DNA from: Minutocellus sp. GHC0000111
Taxonomy: Eukaryota
Direction of reading: 5' to 3'
NCBI GenBank assembly: GCA_977018835.1
Contig: OZ361256.1
Location: forward strand, 496,001 to 560,000
DNA: 64,000 nucleotides
The position numbers were made by a program, and so were the translations under genes. Numbering within the stretch: position 1 is the stretch's first letter; every line of letters starts with the position of its first letter. Below are positions 10,565-23,029 of this stretch, one piece after another. The notes under the pieces were generated by a model. It was not told the origin of the DNA. It did no database searches and saw only the letters and a list, made by a program, of their open reading frames with translations.

Positions 10565-12126
10565 ATGAAGCGGTGTCATCTTGCATTTGTGGTGGCGTTG
10601 GCCACTGCTGCAGATTTTATCCCTTCATCACATGCTGGTTTTACAACCGCAGGTGGCGGCAAGACGGGACCTGCTCCCGCCAAGACAGAGACCGCACGAA
10701 ATAACAACGCAAGAAGGGCCACCGATGATATCGATTCAAGATGTAGCATTGGAATAATAAGTGCATCGTCGGAATCTGCTCTCTTCAACGACAACAGGAG
10801 CAGGCTGACTTCCGCCGCCGTCGCCGCAGCCGTTGTGGCAGCGACGGCCAATAAGGGCATCAACACACGTTCAAAATTCGACTTCCAAAATTTCAACGCC
10901 ATTTTCCAGGTTGTGGTTGGGCAAATTTCCCACTTCAAATCATCTCTTGCTGTGACTTGCAATGCAGCAGTGGCATTCCTCGCCGCTCAATATCTTAGCG
11001 CGATTTTGCTTTTTGGTGTCGCCGCCTCGTCGTCGTTGTCGTCATCGTCGGTGGCACCATTAGGCGCCGTCGGCCACTCTTATGATGGCAGTTTGCCGCC
11101 AATGGGTCCGGTGGCAGCTGTCATGCGCGTGGCTCCTGCCGGCGCAACTCCATCGGTTGTGAGCGCATATCCCGCTGCTTCCAACCCGAGGGCTACCAGT
11201 TTGGACGCGCTCCGCTTATGCACTGGCGCCGATACCGTGAAAACGGTAGCTGGTGTCTCTGCCGCTGTTGCCGGGGCCACCCTGGGTAGGAAATTCTTCT
11301 ACAAGCACATTGGCAACAGCGTAGCGGAAGACGAGCAGAACAAGGGAAAAGATGGTAGGATCAATTCAACCGACACAAATGTTCCGCCTACCGCACCAGC
11401 TATCAGAAGCAGCATATCATCATCAGCAGAGCCCGAGCCTTCCATGAACAGAGAAGTACTCCAGAACGCGCTGCCTTCTACCTCTGCCGACGTCACTAAA
11501 AATGAAATTTTCACAGATGAATCGGTTTGTTGTGAGGTAAGCCTCAAATAAATAATTATTGTGCGCCATTAGGCTTCCGCATTGGTTGCTAACATCTTTC
11601 AAGTGCCTGACTCATCCTATCTTCTCCTTTCCCCGAACTCTCTGCACCATCCACGGCACACTTTTATACCGCCAAGTCACAGACTGACCGCAGTCTTGCA
11701 AGCAAAGTCCTGGACGATCGCGGCTCTGCTCAAAGAGATTTCGAGCGTATGCGCCATTTGCTTGAGGCTCGACTTCAACTCGAAGCATCCAAACGCAAGA
11801 AGGCACATGAAGAGCAGGATAAGGAGCTCTTCCAAAGACGCCTTTTTGCGGCCCGAATTAGACAAGATGCCGTCGACAAAGCACTCAAGATTCGAAAACA
11901 GAAGGAGAGAGTCAGGGCCAACACGATTACTCCCGAATTGATGACGACAATCAAGATGCTGTCAGAACAGGAGGATTCCATTGATGCCCCTACCGATGAC
12001 GCCGCTGGAGGCAGCGGAGCTCTGAATACTAGCGCTGGCTCCACCTTTCTCCCGCTTCGGAGGAAGGGTTTTCGTTCTGCCCTGGCGTCAGTATCGGCGC
12101 TCTTTTCTTCTTCTGCAAGTGACTAA
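10565..12126 (+). CDS. Hypothetical protein with signal peptide and hydrophobic segments, 2 exons (10565-11536, 11683-12126)
   Basis: Hydrophobic N-terminus ending ...SSHAGF, resembling a bipartite targeting signal. GT-AG intron 11537-11682 joins the 328-aa ORF in frame to the charged 11749-12126 ORF. Confidence 0.65.
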
Positions 12127-12334
12127 GTCAAGCTTCTACAATTTCCACTTGCCGGTGACCAGAGCAAGTTCAACTTGGCTGGCCATCACTATTGTTTTGG
12201 ACGTGGCGCGCCGTCTTCAGGTCGCAGCCTGCCAACCAGTAAATAGATATAGACTAGACATAAATAAGAAAAATGTTGCTAGGCACAATATAATGTGTAC
12301 AGGCCATGTAAGCGATCATCGCATACTCTTTCAT

Positions 12335-15265
12335 TCAGGAACTGCCGCTGGATTGACTAGCGCCAGTATCGGGAGGAGGACTGCTTTCCATCGGCGGGGG
12401 GCTGTGACGACCAAGGAAACGATAAAAGTCCAACAAGGACACGAGGCCGTCGCCGTTGGTATCAAAGAGAGCGACCAGCTCTTCACAGTCTTCGTCGTCG
12501 ATCGTAGCAAATGCCCCACCGGCAGCAGCATTGGCGTCGGCGTCTGCATCGCTCGCGTCATTATCAATATCTCCACGCCCAAGGCGTCTCAGACCACGGC
12601 GGAAATCGGCAGCGTCGACGTATCCGTTGCCATCAGGATCTAAGATACGAAAGCTTTGCTCCAGACGTCTGCCTTCCTCTCGTTCCGCACGAAGGACTAT
12701 CTCACGCAACCTATCGGCTGCTTGGTGTGCATGGACAACCGAGCTCTGAGTAAGATCCATCCATCGAGGTGGGGATTGATTATTATTGCTTTCATTAACA
12801 TCTTCATCGGCATCACCTCCGCCTTCATCGTTGCTGTTAGATGGAGGCGGAGGGGAGGACCTTCCCATTGCTCGAAAGAATCCAAGCAGAGACATTGTGG
12901 GGCCTTCATGTTCTTCGTTGCTGTTGGTCCCATGCGTTCCTGACGATCCGATTGACGAACGGCTCCAGTATTCAATCAGTGCCGCGCAATCTTCCTCGGA
13001 GTAAGGCCCTAGCAGACCTAGGGCCTTTTGTAAATCAGTAGCCGAAATGCTGCCTGAATGATCCACATCGAGCTGACTGAATACCTCCTCTAAAGACATG
13101 TCAACAGCCTCTATCCGACGAATAAGGCGAATCAGCCCGTGTGATGCTCGCTCTAGTTCTGACTCGGAATGGAACGAGCTGGTGGTGGTATGGCCCGGTA
13201 GGATCCCAAGGCCTTCCGCCGGTAGATGGTGTTCATGTATGAGTGCGTTGTTGTCAGTTGCGTCAATGTCATCTGCAAAGTGAACAGCACTTGTACTGCC
13301 GGTGTTATTGTCGTCGCTAGCAGCATTGGTAGCGGCGGCGATTTGTTCGGACGCAACGATGCCGCCACTGTGAACAGAACCGGCCGCAGCGTGGTCTGTT
13401 TCCACCACGGCAACATCACGAAGAGCCGAGAAATGCACCACACGTCCAGAAGATGTGCGGTGGTACGTCGGTCTCTCTCCATCGGATGGTGTTCCGGGTG
13501 CATCCGAACCAGGAGGAGAATGGGGACCCTCAGGATCATTTGTTTCTGCGGTCCGGGCGCCGCCACTGGTGCCATTTCCTTCGCCTCCCCGATCCTGCCG
13601 CCGGAGCCGATCCGCCGCTTCTGCTATCAGCTCCGTCGTTTCATTGAATTGGATCGACCCCGAGCGCCGACTTCGTGATGATGCACTAAGCGGAGAGAGA
13701 CTGGGCTCGATGGCAGGAGAAGACAGGCCCGATCTTGTCGCAGGTGGAGTGGCCATCCCGTCTTTCTCATCCTCCCACGAGACTCCGCGATCAAATATCG
13801 GTGGTGGGGGCGACCGAGACCGTGACCTGGATCGACTCCTGGCAGCCCTTCCAACCCTTTCAGCAAGGGCGTTGGTTCGAGCTCGTGCCTGATTGCCATC
13901 CAACCCATCAGCGAGGAAGGAAACAGCCCGTGGGCCGCTCGAATCCAGGGCGTTGTCCTCCTCGCCTTCTCCACCGGTCGCATTTTGCAGTTGAAGAGAG
14001 GGACTCGGATTGATAGCAGAGAAGTGTACATGAGCACCTCCCGCCGATGACGATGTACTTGCATTTGTAGTACCAAGTCCTCCTCCTCCTGTCGCTGCTC
14101 CGAAAGCGGTATCGCTGGCAAAGGTGACGCTCGCGTTGCCGCCGGCGGCATTGCGACTTCCGCGGCTGGACCGGGAACCTCGCGAGAAGGCGCTCGCCAC
14201 ACTGGATTCATCTCCACTGGCGGTGGCTTCGCCGGCAGTGGGTGGGGCAGCGGTGGCGCCCCCGGCTCCGGCAGAGCGGCTCAGGGACATATCACCAACC
14301 TCGGCAGACGTTACCGACGACATACCGAGAGATTGCGCCGTGGGCGACCGCGATCGTCCCCGGCTGCCACCGTCGCCGCCGCCAGTGGTAGTGTGGCCTC
14401 GGGCATAGTGATACTCGTCCTGCAGGAGACTGGGGAAGGGAGGAGGGGGGGGACTGGCACTCCGGCCCCTTGTCCGTCTCATAGCTTCAAAATCCGACGT
14501 GCTGCCCTCCCCGTCGGCCTCGCCATCGTAGCCATACTCCTCGTTTGAGTCCCTCCGAGTCGCAGCAGCAGCCGCAGCGGCAGCGGCAGCCGACAATACA
14601 CCATCGGCCGGCTCATTATTCTGGTTCTGGCCCCGACCGATACCAACGCCGTCGTCGCCATCGTCCTCAACGTCCGGGACGGATATTGTGCTGAAAGTGA
14701 CTGTTTTAACCGGAGGTGCACCGGCACCGCTCAGGGATGCGCCCGATGCGCTCTGGTGAAGCTGCTGCTGCTGCGGACGAGATGTGCCGGTTACCGGGCC
14801 TCCACCCACATAAGCATTGGCGGATCCCGCTCCCGCTCCCGTCCCTGCGCCGGCAGCAAGACGCTCCAGGAGGACGTTCCGCACGACTCTGCGGGTCACC
14901 TCGTCCGTGCTGCCGCTGGTGGCGCTGGCGTTGGGGCCGACGTTTTGGCCGACGCCGGGATTGCTTGCACCGGAAGCAGCGGCATCCACCGCCAACGATG
15001 CCACACCTCGTTCCACCAGCGCAATCAGCTCCGGATTTTGCGATAACGAGGCCACGATGGCGTCGAGGGCGGCTGCATCGGGTGCCGCAGCAGCAGCAGA
15101 TGGTGCAAGGGAGCTCGTACTGGCAGCAGCAGCAGCGGGGGCAGAGGGTACAGCTGCAGCGGGGGCACCATCGATGTCTACTCTGCCACCATCGTCTTGT
15201 GGGCCCGTGCTTGATCTTGCTGACGGGGTCGCCGGCTGTTCTTCCTCGCCGTCGTTGCCGGCCAT
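12335..15265 (-). CDS. Large low-complexity protein with C-terminal EF-hands
   Basis: Long intact ORF, probable start MAGNDG at 15265. EF loops DVDHSGSISATD, DPDGNGYVDAAD and DTNGDGLVSLLD. Recurring short VHF/VTF/VSF motifs in a disordered region. Confidence 0.85.
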   Translation of the reverse strand: MAGNDGEEEQPATPSARSSTGPQDDGGRVDIDGAPAAAVPSAPAAAAASTSSLAPSAAAAAPDAAALDAIVASLSQNPELIALVERGVASLAVDAAASGASNPGVGQNVGPNASATSGSTDEVTRRVVRNVLLERLAAGAGTGAGAGSANAYVGGGPVTGTSRPQQQQLHQSASGASLSGAGAPPVKTVTFSTISVPDVEDDGDDGVGIGRGQNQNNEPADGVLSAAAAAAAAAATRRDSNEEYGYDGEADGEGSTSDFEAMRRTRGRSASPPPPPFPSLLQDEYHYARGHTTTGGGDGGSRGRSRSPTAQSLGMSSVTSAEVGDMSLSRSAGAGGATAAPPTAGEATASGDESSVASAFSRGSRSSRGSRNAAGGNASVTFASDTAFGAATGGGGLGTTNASTSSSAGGAHVHFSAINPSPSLQLQNATGGEGEEDNALDSSGPRAVSFLADGLDGNQARARTNALAERVGRAARSRSRSRSRSPPPPIFDRGVSWEDEKDGMATPPATRSGLSSPAIEPSLSPLSASSRSRRSGSIQFNETTELIAEAADRLRRQDRGGEGNGTSGGARTAETNDPEGPHSPPGSDAPGTPSDGERPTYHRTSSGRVVHFSALRDVAVVETDHAAAGSVHSGGIVASEQIAAATNAASDDNNTGSTSAVHFADDIDATDNNALIHEHHLPAEGLGILPGHTTTSSFHSESELERASHGLIRLIRRIEAVDMSLEEVFSQLDVDHSGSISATDLQKALGLLGPYSEEDCAALIEYWSRSSIGSSGTHGTNSNEEHEGPTMSLLGFFRAMGRSSPPPPSNSNDEGGGDADEDVNESNNNQSPPRWMDLTQSSVVHAHQAADRLREIVLRAEREEGRRLEQSFRILDPDGNGYVDAADFRRGLRRLGRGDIDNDASDADADANAAAGGAFATIDDEDCEELVALFDTNGDGLVSLLDFYRFLGRHSPPPMESSPPPDTGASQSSGSS

Positions 15266-15710
15266 GGTTACATTGAAAGATGGCGTACTAGCTAGTGCTA
15301 TCTCGAGCAAAGAGCAAAGAGCAGCAAAGATTTGGACCATGAGCAACGAGGGGCCGCCATCGCCATGCTCGCGATCGCAGCATGATTTGCCCCGACAGCG
15401 AGGCCCCGATAGAGATGATTCAGGGATTGGCCCCGATTGGCCCCCTTTTTAAAGAAAGTTGTGCCGCTCTGGTGCTAGCTCTAGAGTAGGGCTCTGGTGC
15501 GATCGCGAATTGCTCCTACGTGACGTAGTCTAACTCTAGAGTAGCTACTACTGTAGTACATGTACGTAGCTCTAGCTAGTTAGATCTACGTACCATTGAT
15601 ACATGACATACCGGTACAAAGTCTAGAGTCTAGCTAGATCTAGATCTACAGAAGAACGACATGGAGCTAGTTAGAGAATAGATCTATGCGCATGCGCAGT
15701 CTAACTAGAT

Positions 15711-17827
15711 CTAAATCACCGATGCCCCACAACTGTAGGACGAACACCGGTCCAAGAGCTCTGGTTTTACGACTGAGAGGAGAGCCGCTCTTGGTCGTCC
15801 TCTGCATAGAGTGCAGGACGAAAATTGACGCCGGCGATGTTTGATGAACTGGTAGCCATTGCAACCCTCTCTATCCAGACGACAATGCTTTTGACATGAC
15901 TTGAGTGACGATGCTCTGAGTTTCCTCATTCCTCTGCCAGCATTGCTGTCACATGGTCTGCCGCGGTAATTTGCAAAGCTTTTGGACAATGATGACGCTC
16001 CTTTGCGACTTCTAATTTCAACCTTGTGTCCTGTGGTGCTGTGCAATGTTTAGAGCAGCCGAAGTATGCCCTTCCCTTCCGTTTGGCAACATAAGTAGGC
16101 CTTCCGTAAATTTCTTCTACTCGTTTCGCGCCGTCATAGTTGCAGTCAAGATAGTGCTGACGGTCCAAAAACTGCACAACGTCATCACTTCGAGTTGACT
16201 TATCAAAGTTAAAGATAATGCGGTCGCCAGATGAATAGTCATCGGAGCATATTCAATGCCAGAAATCCATGGAAGTATAATTGAATGCTTCTCGTCTCCC
16301 AACGAAAAGACTTGCTCCATAGAGCGACCAAAGGGACTGGCAATAGACAGTAATTTGGTTCCACCCCTGCCATAAATCGAAACATTTGTGCTGCTACGGC
16401 CGCTGTTGTCGAGCACAATCAGCTTGTACTCATCGGTGTCAGATATTGTAACTACTTCCTCTACCACTTGACGTTTGGATGTGCGGCTCTTGTAGGTTCC
16501 TATTGGCAAATCTTTGGCAATCATACCATCTCGGGTTCTCCTTATTATGAACCCAATTTGCTCAGGATTGTCGTCAAGTTCAATTTGAACGATTATAGCA
16601 ACGGACCTTTTGTAGTCACCGCTCAAATTGTTTCCAGGCTCGTCGCTCTGACCCGAGAGCCTTGCGTTGTTGACATTGTCACAATCAAAGTGTTCTGGAA
16701 CATCATCAGATGGCTGACTTAGGCTGCACACAGCAGCTTTGATCCAGCTGGTCTGTGAAGCCACATTCATATTGACGGCTGGAATCCCTGATTTTGCGCA
16801 ACCCCATCCCCAAGATGTGATAGCTAACTGAAGATCATTGTTGGAATTCTTGCCTTTGATAATGACGGGACCGCCTGAGTCGCCCTGACAAGAGTCGGCG
16901 CCTCTTTTATAATGGCACAAACTCTCCTTCCCAACCTGGACTACCTAGGTACACTAAGGGGATCTTCTTCTTCAAAGACCGCCGTATCATACGCTGTGAA
17001 GCAACGACATGCACGCAATGCCAATCATATGGTAAAAAATATCTCGGGGTGAGGGATGCAGCACCTACTTCGTAGAAAAGGATGAACGGATCAAAAGTCA
17101 AGAGAAACTTACCCGTCTCGCACATTGCTCTGCTAACGTAGTTCACTTCAACCTCTCGCAAAACATTTCCCTTTTCTTTCTCCTCATCATCACCTGTACT
17201 TCCCCAGCCGACAAGAGTCAAGGGATCACCATGTCGCATATTCACATCATCAAAGTTTAGATGCACAGGGCGATATTTGCTCTGCCCATAGATTTTGATG
17301 ATTTTGAAATCATAATGGATTTTTCCAGGGATGGGTTCGTCGTATGCAGGGTGTATTACCTGAGTTTCTATCACGTGAGTTTCGACTGCGTCTGCATCAG
17401 GTACAAAGCTTTCCGTGTCAACTTCGAAGCGCCCAATCTGTGTGGTTTCACCAATGAGCTCTGTCCCATCGCCACTTACTGTGCAATGGCCTGCCGTCAA
17501 TAGTATATTTCTTGTGGTGAGCGTTGCTCCACACTGGTGTGTGCCTTTAGTAGTGAGAGATGCCATGTACGGATATCGGCCGGGTTCGGCGGGGACCCCA
17601 CCGATGACATAAGGCGTGAGCTCGGCATCGAGAATGGTTGACAAAGAAGATGGATCTTCTGGAGACATGGCATCAATTATTAGCTTTTCTGCCTCCTTGA
17701 CATCGTTTTCACTTGATGCGAGGATGGCATCGAGGCTTCCTGTGTCAAATGCGATCTTGCTGTCTTTCTGAGCAATGGTGAGAGACATGGCGCAGAAGAG
17801 GGAAGTTGCGACTCTCGATCTCATCAT
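15711..17827 (-). CDS. Secreted trypsin-like (S1) serine protease with C-terminal extension; multi-exon, apparent 1-bp frameshift near 16945
   Basis: Signal peptide, VIGG activation site, TAGHC, HYDFKI, GWG, DSCQGDSGGP and SWGWGCA. Intron 17112-16994. The 3' exon structure is uncertain. Confidence 0.8.
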
Positions 17828-18302
17828 GTTTGCTCATGCCCAGTTGTGCGATGTGGAGCAGCGGCAGAAGCTGGCTGGCTGGCCTTCAGGTCGTCATTAC
17901 GATCTCAATATCTACATACCTACTGCTCGAGTAGGTGGGCCCGGGTGCCCTCTTTTGTTGTGTTGATGCTCTGCACGCCCGTAACATGGCTCAGTGCCGT
18001 GCCGCACATTCCCACAATGGCAATAGGAGGACCTCTACTAAAGATAAAATGAACCCAGAGTATGTGTAGATCTAGCTAGGGCTAGCTAGACTTCCGCAGA
18101 GATCGCAGAGTGGCGCTAAAAATGTACCGGTACCGGCACGATACCGACGGTAGATCTACATGTACATTCATTAGAGTCAACACAGCAAGGTACGACGGAG
18201 GGACTGCCATTTTGCCCTTTGTTATTTATTGCACTGACTCGACTCGACTCACTCGACTCGCCTGTGCGTCGCCTCTCGTCTCCTGCTCATCAATCTACTG
18301 TG

Positions 18303-21300
18303 CCTTTCGAGTTCAGAGGATTTGAAAGTGACGTGATGATGACGTATTAGAAACACGACCACACCAGACCAAAAATCCAAGCTCACTTTTTCTAACTCCG
18401 AGGAATAAATGACGGCCAAGATGGAAGTCGGGGCAAGAACCAAGTTATGGTCACCAACTTCTACATATAGTCGAGAGATATTGTGCACCAGAACCAATAA
18501 ATGTACATTATGTGATGATTTTTTTCGACATTTGCATTCCTCACCCCGGGAAAAAATACATTTTTGGAAGCACCAAATCAAAATGTAATGAATAGAAATG
18601 GACATGCTATGATAAGTTATAGCAAATCAATGACTCCATCGTCTTCATCATTTTCATCTATGTCGTCCTCAATGTCATCATCTTCGCCGGGAGCATCAAT
18701 TGGCCAGAGTGGTTCACCATCCTCTTCAGCTTCTTCCTCGGCAATTTTTGCGAGACCAGCCTTTCCCCGTCTGGTCTCCACAAGATTGTTACCGCCACGA
18801 CTTCTCTTGATGTTGTTATATATCACTGGAAGTTTTCCAAATACATTGAGAAAGGCCTCTTTTGATGCGACATTGGCCCATACTTTCATCACAGTCTTGT
18901 CAAGAGCATTCGCATCATTCTTCTGACCGCGATGCTCCTTTTCGACGGCCGACTGCAAAGACATCCAGATGCCGAGATCAAGAACATTTGTCTCGGGCGA
19001 CCGAGGAACCTGCTGGATTATCTCAATCTTATATTTGTTTTTGAGGTCCTCGGTGTACTTCTCAACTGCTTCATTGGACCCATGACCGCCGGCATTGTCC
19101 ATCATAAGTAAGACACACAACATCAGACTCCTGAATATTTTGTGGATCCCACTTCACCCAATGATGTGCGTCTCGAATCGCCTTCCCGACCTCATTCATA
19201 GTCTCCAACATCCATTTGGAGTCGCAGCTACAGTCCTTGGTAACCTTATCGCCCCGTTGATGCCGCACCCCGAGCTCAAGGTCGTCGATCTCAACCTTCA
19301 CCTTCTCTCCATTGCTGTGCTATCAGGAGTGTGTCGCTTGAGACTCGAGATCTTTTGATTGTAGCCAACAGCGGCATGCTTGCGACTTTTTGCCTGACCG
19401 TCGGATTTATAGTCCTCGTATTGAAGTTCCAATCGCTCTGTAACAAACTCAGAAAGGCCGTAGATTTCGGCAATGTGGTCGCAAAGATGGCCGGCGGTCA
19501 TGTCAGCATTCTCGTCGTCGTCGTAAATGTCGCGCCAATCTTTGTCATTTTTTAGCGCATCGTTGACCTTAGCATCTGGAGAGAAATTCTGATTACGCGT
19601 AAGCTTTTCCACCTTCTGCTCCCTGGCGACTCTCTTGATCATGATGCGCCCATTGAAATCAATGTCTTTGGTTTCATCCTTCATTGGTCGGCCAACAACT
19701 CCAAGATGCATAACTTTGACAGGGTGTCTTCTGGATCGAATTTTCGGGCTTGCCTCGGAAGCATGGATAGACGCGAGGTTCGGACTGCTTAGTTCTTCGT
19801 CAGAAAGTGGCAACATCTTGATCTTTCGTCGCCGAGTAGCAGTGTAAAACCACTTTTCATCAAGACACGCTACAGGAATGTTGGGATCGGTCGTAATGTC
19901 CTCCCACTTTTCGATCCAATCAAGTCGCTTCCTACAATGTTCGGGGGTGAGCCTCGGCTTCTCGATCGACGACTTCTCCTTACCGCCTTGCTTTTTCCAA
20001 GAGCGAAAAAGCTGAAGACGATGGAGACTAATTGTCAGCCTGTCTTCATCTGGAGCAGCTGATTTTGCGCTCATACAGTCAGCTAGCTCCTTAAAGGTTG
20101 CCATCGCACCCTTCATCCGAGTGGCATGCCGACACAGCTCGCGGAGATGTCCTGGCTCCTTCTCCTCGATCATGTCCGTGCATGCCTTCCTTCCACGAAC
20201 CTCCTTTCTGCCGATGGGATTGCCGATGCCATCAGTAAGGCTTTTGTAGAGCTGGTCTCTCCACTTGTAAAGCTGAGAACCACCGGTTGACTTGGCATAA
20301 CCGTGATCGTACGCAACTTGCCGAGACACGCGGCAGTTGCAATTTGTTGCCGGTCTTCATGCGTGCGAGTTGGGTCGCCGTGTCCCCACCAATCCGCGAG
20401 AGCCACGGCGCTGAACCGCATTCTTTCATTCGCCTGCTTTTCTTTTCTGATTGGTGTTGGTTCGGTGACGGTTGCATTGGGACGAGGAGGACGGAGCATG
20501 TCATCGTTGGCCATCCGAACAACAAAGTCGAGGCCGAGAGCGACCTTTACCTGTTCATCAATGTCACTGGAGGTGGCACAGACAACGGAAGCATCGGCTC
20601 CTCCTAAACCTTCATCATTGGGGGAGGCTGCAGCTGCTTCAGTGGCGGAAGTGTCACCAGTTCGCTTCAGCATGCTGAGGAGACTTGCTGGCATCCAACC
20701 CAGTTTCTTGGCCTCGTCGACTAGTGATTTTACTCTTGCTTCGCAATGCGCTGACTGTGCCTCCTTTCTGTGAGCTGACAACCTCTCACCTAGCTTAGTA
20801 GCTAAGACAGTCGAGCGCCCAGAGAACAGAACTTCATCGGGATTTCTTTTCTCGTGCACCTTCTGTCCCTCCGGTCCAGAGAATTTTGGGTGGTTGTCCT
20901 CCTTCTTTTTACGCAACCTGTGAGCACAAACACAAAGCGCCCTGCGTCTTGTCTTCCCTCTCGGCCGATGCGTCGACAAGTGCAACTTCAAACTACAATG
21001 CTCCTTGAGATGTTGCTGCACATCCTTCCATTTTTCCTCGTTGTGCTGTAGCTCATATACTTTCCTCCACCGACGGACTTGGAACGCAACAAGTCGGCCT
21101 CGATGAAAGCAGGGAGGACGTCTTCCCATTTCTGCCGAGAACCAACACAAATGTCGTCTTCTTTGCCGCAGGAATCGGGGGTTACTCTCCACCACAGATC
21201 CTTACCAGCCCTTCGAATGACATCTGCTGCAAAAGGAGAAAGGCCATGGGGATAGGAGGAGGGGCCGTCCTCTTCTTCGCCGACGACGGTGACGGTTTGG

Positions 21301-21771
21301 CGGGCGAATTTGACCGTGGTGGCCGCTTCTTCGTCGACGCGTTTGCGCTCGGCGATGGTGTTTTCGGCTCAGCTGCCGCCTTTGCCGCCTTCCTGGATGC
21401 CTTGGTGTTGCCTCTCTTGCTCCCTGAGAACGAAGTTCTGCTGCGTTTGTGTTTTTTGGGCGTGGTCTGGTTGGTCGTCGTCATCGTCACAAAATTTGCG
21501 GGGGTTGCGGTGAGGGTGTGCGGGGGACCAAAAAATGTATGTGATCCTGCCAGAATCTACTGGACCTGCGAATTCAGTGGATACTACTGGTCGGTGGCAA
21601 CCTACTGAATGAGCAGGTCCAGTAGACATCCACGAGTTGAGGAGCATTTGCGTTCCTCCCGAAGAGAACATCGACTAACAAAACACGTGGTGGGAAATGA
21701 GAAATGGGTGCAAGAATGACCCTTTTAGGGGTTATTGGCATGCCCTCTACAAATCCTCTGAAACCGAAAGG
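18303..21771 (-). mobile_element. IS630/Tc1/mariner-superfamily transposon, DD39D type (3469 bp), defective
   Basis: 22-bp TIRs with 2 mismatches (CCTTTCGAGTTCAGAGGATTTG at 18303; reverse complement of CCTTTCGGTTTCAGAGGATTTG ending at 21771). TA at 21772-21773 and TG at 18301-18302. Internal transposase. Confidence 0.88.
18617..21484 (-). pseudogene. DD39D mariner-like transposase, multiply frameshifted
   Basis: LDEKWFY, KVMHLGVVGRP, MDNAGGHG and QVPRSPETNVLDLGIW, with 39 residues between the second and third D. Split over at least 5 ORFs. Confidence 0.88.
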
Positions 21772-22221
21772 TAAGACAGACAGTCGTCACCGCTTGGAGG
21801 GTGGGCGCGGCCCATCTTAGCAACAAGAGGGTGTGAGTTTTTTTTTGTTGCAACAAACTAGGTCGACGAAGAAACACATGTTCCACGCTTATTTCTGTCG
21901 ATTTTGGCGCTGCTTGCTCTCTCTCGTGTTATCATCGCAGTAGAGAAACATCTGCAAAAAACACAGGCGATGCTAACTTGCTTGAACGGCTGTGGCAGGC
22001 AGATCGTGTTTCAGATTTTAGAAAAGCAAGCCAGCATTCGGAACAAAGATCTCACAAGTGAAGTGAAAGCAAGCCAGCATTCGGAACAATGATCTCACAA
22101 GTGGAAGCAGGTACTCCCCGTCGTGGGGAAAGTTTGGATTTGATAGGGAGTGGCCAGCATGTCAAATCGGCCTCATCAAATCCGCAGCATGTCAAAACAA
22201 CCAGTGCAATAGATCGGTAAT

Positions 22222-22331
22222 GGTAGACTGAGTTAGGTCTACAGTTCTACTGGATCAAGAGATCCAGCTCATTAAAGGTAGACTGAGTTAGGTCTACAGT
22301 TCTACTGGATCAAGAGATCCAGCTCATTAAA
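22222..22331 (+). repeat. Perfect tandem duplication, 2 x 55 bp
   Basis: GGTAGACTGAGTTAGGTCTACAG...CAGCTCATTAAA at 22222-22276 and 22277-22331. Confidence 0.95.
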
Positions 22332-23029
22332 CTCACCGAGCCAGCAGCCCGCCTGCTTGGCTCGAGCTAGCATTTCTCTCTCTCTCCTCACTCGATCTCT
22401 CACACGCAGGTGCTGTTAGTCGATCCAGTCACAAGGAGATGACTTGATGGACCGGGACGGGACCATCACGTTCCGGGACACCCCGATGTTTCTAAGCGCG
22501 ATGACTCTGTGCGCGCGACACGATGCAGGAAGGACAGAAAGTGGAGATTGAGGCTGGCTGTAAGTGGCCTCGCACAAAAGGGGACGAATTAGCGCAGCGC
22601 TTGACGCGCTGATCGACAGCTTTGTGCCGGCCATCTGCCCAGAGATAAAATTGAACAGGCCACAAAGCACAGTCTGGTCCCTCTCTCCGCAGGGTGCTTC
22701 ATTGAAAAGTTCCGTGGGAGCCCGAATCTTGGCTGAGACGTGTGGAACACCGCGGAACGAAAGCAGCAGCAAAAGACGGCATTGAATGCCGCTTCATTTT
22801 TGATCTTTCTTGATCATTTTGAGTCGCTTCTGACTCGCATTTCATTCGGAGAAAAACAAGCAGGCGAAGCAAGTGTTCCCTTGCTTCTCCTGCATGAAGA
22901 GAGAGGAGGTGCTTTAGCTCATAATTTTCAGAATTGGATTTTTGCGAAGGCAAACTCCAAGATAATTTTTGGTAAGCAAATTTGGCATCAATTGCTGAGT
23001 AACTTTATTGTCTATCGCAGGCAATAGTC

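Noticed and set aside
12119..15452. Numerous plus-strand ORFs opposite the large EF-hand gene
   Set aside because: Antisense shadows of a GC-rich coding sequence.
18293..18300. ATCTACTG near the ends of two mariner copies (also 35122-35129)
   Set aside because: Only 8 bp, at different distances from the TIR, and ATCTAC is very common in this window.
22222..22331. CRISPR-like array
   Set aside because: Two adjacent identical units with no spacer, in eukaryotic DNA with no cas genes.
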